The notes beneath the pieces were generated by a model, which was not told where the DNA came from, did not search any database, and worked only from the letters and a program-made list of their open reading frames with translations. A DNA stretch of 64,000 nucleotides from Macrostomum hystrix (taxonomy: Eukaryota; Animalia; Platyhelminthes): NCBI GenBank assembly GCA_950097015.1, contig CATNEN010000012.1, positions 744,001 through 808,000 of the forward strand, given 5' to 3'. Below, piece by piece: positions 55,901 through 64,000 of this stretch. Position 1 is the first letter of the stretch, and each line of letters begins with the position of its first letter. Position numbers and translations under genes: made by a program.

Positions 55901-58900
55901 CAACTCTGGTGAAGCACTTGTGAAGAGACAGGTTGTGCCGAACTGCGTTCTGGAAATGGGTCGACGAGAGGTTCAGTTCATCAAAACTCAGTCATCCCAC
56001 TCGATTCCCATCTAAATCTCAGTCATCCCACTCGATTCCCATCTAAATCTCAGTCATCCCACTCGATTCCTATGTAAATCTCTGTCATCCCACTCGATTC
56101 CTATGTACATCTCAGTCATCCCACTCGATTCCCATGTAAATCTCTGTCATCCCACTCGATTCCCATCTAAATCTCAGTCATCCCACTCGATTCCCATGTA
56201 AATCTCAGTCATTCCACTCGATTCCCATGTAAATCTCAGTCATCCCACTCGATTCCCATGTAAATCTCAGTCATTCCACTCGATTCCCATGTAAATCTCA
56301 GTCATTCCACTCGATTCCCATGTAAATCTCAGTCATCCCACTCGATTCCCATCTAAATCTCAGTCATCCCACTCGATTCCCATCTAAATCTCAGACATCC
56401 CACTCGATTCCCATCTAAATCTCAGACATCCCACTCGATTCCCATCTAAATCTCAGACATCCCACTCGATTCCCATCTAAATCTCAGACATCCCACTCGA
56501 TTCCCATCTAAATCTCAGACATCCCACTCGATTCCCATCTAAATCTCAGACATCCCACTCGATTCCCATCTAAATCTCAGTCATCCCACTCGATTCCCAT
56601 CTAAATCTCAGTCATCCCACTCGATTCCCATGTAAATCTCAGTCATCCCACTCGATTCCTATGTAAATCTCAGTCATTCCACTCGATTCCCATGTAAATC
56701 TCAGTCATCTCACTCGATTCCCATGTAAATCTCAGTCATCTCACTCGATTCCCATGTAAATCTCAGTCATTCCACTCGATTCCCATGTAAATCTCAGTCA
56801 TCCCACTCGATTCCTATGTAAATCTCAGTCATCTCACTCGATTCCCATGTAAATCTCAGTCATCTCACTCGATTCCCATGTAAATCTCAGTCATTCCACT
56901 CGATTCCCATCTAGATCTCAGTCATCCCACTCTATTCCCATCTAGATCTCAGTCATCCCACTCGATTCCCATGTAAATCTCAGTCATTCCACTCGATTCC
57001 CATCTAGATCTCAGTCATCCCACTCGATTCCCATCTAGATCTCAGTCATCCCACTCGATTCCTATCTAAATCTCAGTCATCCCACTCGATTCCCATGTAG
57101 ATCTCAGTAATTTCATTTTGTCCATTGAAATCTCTTTAAGAATGCCTAAACTAACGGCAGCCCTCCTTAGTGCCCTCCCCAACCCCTCACCATAATTAAG
57201 CTGAGGGCTGACTGTAGCCCTGAGCTCAATTATGGCGGCTAATTTGCCCAGTGAAACACACCCGACCCTGTATCTTATTTTTCTGTTTACCCTTTCAGAT
57301 TAATGAAGCTATTTATTAATTACTGTGCTGTCCTTTATCCAGAGCATACTACAGCACAGCTTCGTCATCAACATCTTCAAAGAACATGTTTTCCACTTGT
57401 CCTACTGTATAGTAAGAATTTCGTGCACCGTGGAAAATACGTCGTAAATGTTAAGGAATGAAAAAGCCTCACAAAATAGGACTTTTAACTGGACGATACC
57501 GGTGTCTCGGATATAGATTTCTACTACAATTTTTCCTCAAAAAAGATTTCCCCGCCAATATATTTCCCACCTAGATATTCCCTCAGAAATTTCCCCGGGG
57601 AGATATCACCGCTAAGATTTTCCTACCTACCGACCTTTCGCTATTGAGATTTTCCCACAGATATTTTACCGCTTAGAATAACTTAAATTTAACAGAGACG
57701 ATAAAGGAGAGAGATGAGACACGGGGGAGATGGGGGAGGGGATAAGTCAGGGCAGAGATGAGACACGGGGGAGATGGGGAAGGGGATAAGTCAGGGCAGA
57801 GATGAGACACGGGGGAGATGGGGATTGGGGATAAGTCAGGGCAGAGATGAGACACGGGGGAGATGGGGAAGGGGATAAGTCAGGGCAGAGATGAGACACG
57901 GGGGAGATGGGGAAGGGGATAAGTCAGGGCAGAGATGAGACACGGGGGAGATGGGGAAGGGGATAAGTCAGGGCAGAGATGAGACACGGGGGAGATGGGG
58001 ATTGGGGATAAGTCAGGGCAGAGATGAGACACGGGGGAGATGGGGAAGGGGTTAAGTCAGGGCAGAGATGAGACACAGGGGGAGATGGGGAAGGGGATAA
58101 GTCAGGGCAGAGATGAGACACGGGGGAGATGGGGATTGGGGATAAGTCAGGGCAGAGATGAGACACGGGGGAGATGGGGATTGGGGATAAGTCAGGGCAG
58201 AGATGAGACACGGGGGAGATGGGGGAGGGGATAAGTCAGGGCAGAGATGAGACACGGGGGAGATGGGGAAGGGGATAAGTCAGGGCAGAGATGAGACACG
58301 GGGGAGATGGGGAAGGGGATAAGTCAGGGCAGAGATGAGACACGGGGGAGATGGGGAAGGGGATAAGTCAGGGCAGAGATGAGACACGGGGGAGATGGGG
58401 AAGGGGATAAGTCAGGGCAGAGATGAGACACGGGGGAGATGGGGAAGGGGATAAGTCAGGGCAGAGATGAGACACGGGGGAGATGGGGAAGGGGATAAGT
58501 CAGGGCAGAGATGAGACACGGGGGAGATGGGGAAGGGGATAAGTCAGGGCAGAGATGAGACACGGGGGGAGATGGGGAAGGGGATAAGTCAGGGCAGAGA
58601 TGAGACACGGGGGAGATGGGGAAGGGGATAAGTCAGGGCAGAGATGAGACACGGGGGAGATGGGGGAGGGGATAAGTCAGGGCAGAGATGAGACACGGGG
58701 GAGATGGGGAAGGGGATAAGTCAGGGCAGAGATGAGACACGGGGGAGATGGGGAAGGGGATAAGTCAGGGCAGAGATGAGACACGGGGGAGATGGGGAAG
58801 GGGATAAGTCAGGGGAGAGATGAGACACGGGGGAGATGGGGAAGGGGATAAGTCAGGGCAGAGATGAGACACGGGGGAGATGGGGAAGGGGATAAGTCAG

Positions 58901-61900
58901 GGCAGAGATGAGACACGGGGGAGATGGGGAAGGGGATAAGTCAGGGCAGAGATGAGACACGGGGGAGATGGGGAAGGGGATAAGTCAGGGCAGAGATGAG
59001 ACACGGGGGAGATGGGGAAGGGGATAAGTCAGGGCAGAGATGAGACACGGGGGAGATGGGGAAGGGGATAAGTCAGGGCAGAGATGAGACACGGGGGAGA
59101 TGGGGAAGGGGATAAGTCAGGGCAGAGATGAGACACGGGGGAGATGGGGAAGGGGATAAGTCAGGGCAGAGATGAGACACGGGGGAGATGGGGAAGGGGA
59201 TAAGTCAGGGCAGAGATGAGACACGGGGGAGATGGGGGAGGGGATAAGTCAGGGCAGAGATGAGACACGGGGGAGATGGGGAAGGGGATAAGTCAGGGCA
59301 GAGATGAGACACGGGGGAGATGGGGAAGGGGATAAGTCAGGGCAGAGATGAGACACGGGGGAGATGGGGAAGGGGATAAGTCAGGGCAGAGATGAGACAC
59401 GGGGGAGATGGGGAAGGGGATAAGTCAGGGCAGAGATGAGACACGGGGGAGATGGGGAAGGGGATAAGTCAGGGCAGAGATGAGACACGGGGGAGATGGG
59501 GAAGGGGATAAGTCAGGGCAGAGATGAGACACGGGGGAGATGGGGAAGGGGATAAGTCAGGGCAGAGATGAGACACGGGGGAGATGGGGAAGGGGATAAG
59601 TCAGGGCAGAGATGAGACACGGGGGAGATGGGGAAGGGGATAAGTCAGGGCAGAGATGAGACACGGGGGAGATGGGGAAGGGGATAAGTCAGGGCAGAGA
59701 TGAGACACGGGGGAGATGGGGAAGGGGATAAGTCAGGGCAGAGATGAGACACGGGGGAGATGGGGAAGGGGATAAGTCAGGGCAGAGATGAGACACGGGG
59801 GAGATGGGGAAGGGGATAAGTCAGGGCAGAGATGAGACACGGGGGAGATGGGGAAGGGGATAAGTCAGGGCAGAGATGAGACACGGGGGAGATGGGGAAG
59901 GGGATAAGTCAGGGCAGAGATGAGACACGGGGGAGATGGGGAAGGGGATAAGTCAGGGCAGAGATGAGACACGGGGGAGATGGGGAAGGGGATAAGTCAG
60001 GGCAGAGATGAGACACGGGGGAGATGGGGAAGGGGATAAGTCAGGGCAGAGATGAGACACGGGGGAGATGGGGAAGGGGATAAGTCAGGGCAGAGATGAG
60101 ACACGGGGGAGATGGGGAAGGGGATAAGTCAGGGCAGAGATGAGACACGGGGGAGATGGGGAAGGGGATAAGTCAGGGCAGAGATGAGACACGGGGGAGA
60201 TGGGGAAGGGGATAAGTCAGGGCAGAGATGAGACACGGGGGAGATGGGGAAGGGGATAAGTCAGGGCAGAGATGAGACACGGGGGAGATGGGGAAGGGGA
60301 TAAGTCAGGGCAGAGATGAGACACGGGGGAGATGGGGAAGGGGATAAGTCAGGGCAGAGATGAGACACGGGGGAGATGGGGAAGGGGATAAGTCAGGGCA
60401 GAGATGAGACACGGGGGAGATGGGGAAGGGGATAAGTCAGGGCAGAGATGAGACACGGGGGAGATGGGGAAGGGGATAAGTCAGGGCAGAGATGAGACAC
60501 GGGGGAGATGGGGAAGGGGATAAGTCAGGGCAGAGATGAGACACGGGGGAGATGGGGAAGGGGATAAGTCAGGGCAGAGATGAGACACGGGGGGAGATGG
60601 GGAAGGGGATAAGTCAGGGCAGAGATGAGACACGGGGGAGATGGGGAAGGGGATAAGTCAGGGCAGAGATGAGACACGGGGGAGATGGGGAAGGGGATAA
60701 GTCAGGGCAGAGATGAGACACAGGGGGAGATGGGGAAGGGGATAAGTCAGGGCAGAGATGAGACACGGGGGAGATGGGGAAGGGGATAAGTCAGGGCAGA
60801 GATGAGACACGGGGGAGATGGGGAAGGGGATAAGTCAGGGGAGAGATGAGACACGGGGGAGATGGGGAAGGGGATAAGTCAGGGCAGAGATGAGACACGG
60901 GGGAGATGGGGAAGGGGATAAGTCAGGGCAGAGATGAGACACGGGGGAGATGGGGAAGGGGATAAGTCAGGGCAGAGATGAGACACGGGGGAGATGGGGA
61001 AGGGGATAAGTCAGGGCAGAGATGAGACACGGGGGAGATGGGGAAGGGGATAAGTCAGGGCAGAGATGAGACACGGGGGAGATGGGGAAGGGGATAAGTC
61101 AGGGGAGAGATGAGACACGGGGGAGATGGGGAAGGGGATAAGTCAGGGCAGAGATGAGACACGGGGGAGATGGGGAAGGGGATAAGTCAGGGCAGAGATG
61201 AGACACGGGGGAGATGGGGAAGGGGATAAGTCAGGGCAGAGATGAGACACGGGGGAGATGGGGAAGGGGATAAGTCAGGGCAGAGATGAGACACGGGGGG
61301 AGATGGGGAAGGGGATAAGTCAGGGCAGAGATGAGACACGGGGGAGATGGGGAAGGGGATAAGTCAGGGCAGAGATGAGACACGGGGGAGATGGGGAAGG
61401 GGATAAGTCAGGGCAGAGATGAGACACGGGGGAGATGGGGAAGGGGATAAGTCAGGGCAGAGATGAGACACAGGGGGAGATGGGGAAGGGGATAAGTCAG
61501 GGCAGAGATGAGACACGGGGGAGATGGGGAAGGGGATAAGTCAGGGCAGAGATGAGACACGGGGGGAGATGGGGAAGGGGATAAGTCAGGGCAGAGATGA
61601 GACACGGGGGAGATGGGGAAGGGGATAAGTCAGGGGAGAGATGAGACACGGGGGAGATGGGGAAGGGGATAAGTCAGGGCAGAGATGAGACACGGGGGAG
61701 ATGGGGAAGGGGTTAAGTCAGGGCAGAGATGAGACACAGGGGGAGATGGGGAAGGGGATAAGTCAGGGCAGAGATGAGACACGGGGGAGATGGGGATTGG
61801 GGATAAGTCAGGGCAGAGATGAGACACGGGGGAGATGGGGATTGGGGATAAGTCAGGGCAGAGATGAGGCCGATTCTACAGGATGGGGCCGATTCTACAG

Positions 61901-63937
61901 GATGGGGCCGATTCTGCTGGATGGGGCCGATTCTACAGGATTGGGTAGATTTGTTTCAGGCGATGATTTGAAGCTTCCTCTCTATCCTAGGGTGAGTAGA
62001 CTGGCAGCTTCCTCTCTACCCTAGGGTGAGTGGACTGGCAGCTCCCTCGGTAGCCACAATCCGGAACTAACTCACCTTCCAGGTGGCCTCGTTGCGCCTG
62101 AAGAAGGCGAAATTTCTCTGAAACCAGATGTATATCTCGTTGAGAGTCAGCTGGCGGTTCGTTGACTCAACAATTGCCTTGAAGATTTACAGGAAATGAC
62201 AAAAGTTGGATTTGGAAACTGTATACTAAATTCGGGCGAAAGAGCCGGCTCACCTGTCTAATCAGAGAGGCATAAGTGAACGGCGGGCGTGTGTCGTTTG
62301 TGTTGTAGAATTGCCGATTCTTCTGAAAATCTGAAACCGAAAACACAGGCGGGTGGTTTGGGTTGGACAGGGTGTTGCAACAGAAATTGATCTAGCAAAT
62401 AGCATAACAGAAATATTACGTAGAAAATTGATGTGCAAAGCGTGACTAAGTGTGACTAATACTTAGAATGATAGGGATAGGGTCGATTCTACTGTCTACA
62501 GTATGATGCAGTAAAAATGGCTACAGGATAGGGCCGATTCTACAGGATTGGGTAGGTAGGTACGATTCTAAATGATTGGGCCGATTCTACAGGATTGGGT
62601 AGGTAGGTACGATTCTAAATGATTGGGCCGATTCTACAGGATTGGGTAGGTAGGTACGATTCTAAATGATTGGGCCGATTCTACAGGATTGGGTAGGTAG
62701 GTACGATTCTAAATGATTGGGCCGATTCTACAGGATTGGGTAGGTAGGTACGATTCTAAATGATTGGGCCGATTCTACAGGATTGGGTAGGTAGGTACGA
62801 TTCTAAATGATTGGGCCGATTCTACAGGATTGGGTAGGTAGGTACGATTCTAAATGATTGGGCCGATTCTACAGGATTGGGTAGGTAGGTACGATTCTAA
62901 ATGATTGGGCCGATTCTACAGGATTGGGTAGGTAGGTACGATTCTAAATGATTGGGCCGATTCTACAGGATTGGGTAGGTAGGTACGATTCTAAATGATT
63001 GGGCCGATTCTACTGGATTGGGCCGATTCTATAGGATTGGGCCGATTCTACAGGATAGGGTCGATTCTACAGGATTGGGCCGATTCTACAGGATTGGGTA
63101 GATTCTTCAGGATTGGGCCGATTCTGCTGGATGGGGCCGATTCTACAGGATGGGGCCGATTCTACAGGATAGAGCCGATTCTAAAGGATGTGGCCGATTC
63201 TACAGGATTGGGTAGATTCTTCAGGATTGGGCCGATTCTGCTGGATGGGGCCGATTCTGCTGGATTGGGCCGATTCTACAGGATAGGGCCGATTCTACAG
63301 GATTTGTCCGATTCTGCTGGATGGGGCCGATTCTACAAGATGGGGCCGATTCTACAGGATGGGGCCGATTCTACAGGATGGGGCCGATTCTGCTGGATGG
63401 GGCCGATTCTACAGGATTGGGTAGATTTGTTTCAGGCGATGATTTGAAGCTGAACACACCTCCGCCTAGAGGCACGGGGCCCTTATCGGGCAGACGACCG
63501 CGCCTTGAAGACCCGCTGATGCCGCTGCCACCGCTGGTTGCCAAGGACAGCTGAGGCGGTGGAGTCTGGGAGTCTGGAGTCTGCTGAGAAACGGTACCGT
63601 TCGGCACCGACTGCTGCTGCTGCTGCTGCTGCGTCACAACTGCAGATAAGCGAGATATTGCCGCATAGTGCTTCTGCTGCTGCTGCTGTTGCTGCTGAAA
63701 CTCGGCCTCCTGCAGCTCGGCAAGGCAGTTTCGCACATGTCGCGCCATCTCAACCAGTCGGAGCCGTTCAGCGGCCAGGCCGACTTCGAATGCGCGCACG
63801 CAGGCGGCCTGCGCGCGCAGCTGGCCCACACGGTCAAAGTCTAGAGGATGATCCAGTGAGGCGTGGGCGGACAGGTCGGCGGCCGACTGGCAGCGCTGCG
63901 GACATCCGGGCCACAGGCACTGGCCGGCAACCGGGGG
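52925..63937 (-). CDS. FoxP: Forkhead box P transcription factor, 3' part (C2H2 zinc finger, leucine zipper, forkhead); 5' exons lie beyond the window
   Basis: Phase-consistent exons on the - strand: 63937-63460 ([24 protein letters not shown] zinc finger, zipper, poly-Q), 62330-62254 ([19 protein letters not shown]), 62177-62076 ([34 protein letters not shown]), 55949-55819 ([28 protein letters not shown]), 55556-55463, 55193-55132 and 53123-52925 (TGA). The last three exons are inferred from phase and splice sites. Confidence 0.93.
53150..54680. repeat. 17-19-bp minisatellite (GTCAGCGGTGTCAGTTGGGG-like) with a 689-bp higher-order duplication, in the last FoxP intron
   Basis: Identical variant blocks recur 689 bp apart (53354/54043 and 53646/54335). 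Confidence 0.88.
55985..57108. repeat. 31-bp minisatellite (CTCAGTCATCCCACTCGATTCCCAT[C/G]TAAAT) x~36
   Basis: Begins about 35 nt from the forkhead exon acceptor. Confidence 0.92.
57711..61868. repeat. 44-bp G-rich satellite (AGATGAGACACGGGGGAGATGGGGAAGGGGATAAGTCAGGGCAG) x~94
   Basis: Highly homogeneous 4.2-kb array in the intron that splits the forkhead domain. Confidence 0.95.
62520..63451. repeat. 47-bp array (62530-63000) grading into 19-bp GGCCGATTCTACAGGAT(T)G repeats
   Basis: About 10 perfect 47-bp units followed by about 22 short units. Confidence 0.9.
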
Positions 63938-64000
63938 CTGTTAGGTGGAAGGAGTTGGGCGACTGATGCAATGGGACGATGATTACAGTATGATGCTGGA

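Noticed and set aside
55950-62075. A duplicated alternative forkhead exon (as in insect FoxP or vertebrate FOXP1 mutually exclusive exons)
   Set aside because: No second NAVRHNLSL-like or TWK-like exon was found in the unique parts of this intron or downstream.
7877-63447. Numerous periodic ORFs over tandem arrays (for example 7877, 9145, 14695-15971, 24464, 38445, 48800-49597, 50554-51548, 53134-54770, 57673-62024, 62995)
   Set aside because: Peptide periodicity equals the nucleotide repeat period. These are translation artefacts of intronic or intergenic minisatellites.
63841-63842. AG at 63842-63841 as the acceptor of the FoxP zipper exon
   Set aside because: The same frame continues upstream through a complete C2H2 zinc finger to a better acceptor at 63938, bounded by an in-frame TAA.

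Overview
Eukaryotic (metazoan) genomic DNA. GC-rich spliced exons sit in AT-rich introns packed with minisatellites. This style suggests a flatworm such as Macrostomum, but that is inference only. Four intron-containing genes can be reconstructed by hand from GT-AG junctions and reading phase: LARP1 (+, 2589-6888, 7 coding exons), a vesicular glutamate transporter of the SLC17/VGLUT family (+, 12548-31400, 11 coding exons, ~626 aa), MRE11 (+, 36602-48372, 5 exons, ~706 aa) and the 3' part of FoxP (-, 63937-52925; zinc finger, leucine zipper and forkhead; 5' end outside the window). The 8.4-kb intron 4 of MRE11 holds a cluster of mobile elements: an apparently intact 3.07-kb PIF/Harbinger transposon with two ORFs, TIRs and a TSD, plus remnants of a BEL/Pao LTR element, a Mutator transposase and an internally deleted Crypton tyrosine recombinase. 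Four non-autonomous TIR elements with TSDs and about 30 tandem arrays occur, three of them with 0.7-0.8 kb higher-order periods. The most notable unannotated signal is a pair of homologous ~137-nt H/ACA-type snoRNA candidates in LARP1 intron 3. Their pockets match the conserved 18S rRNA segment CAUGGAAUAAUGGAA with canonical 14-nt spacing to box H, but both carry a non-canonical terminal box. No CRISPR array, rRNA or tRNA gene was seen. Most long ORFs in the supplied track are artefacts of tandem repeats.
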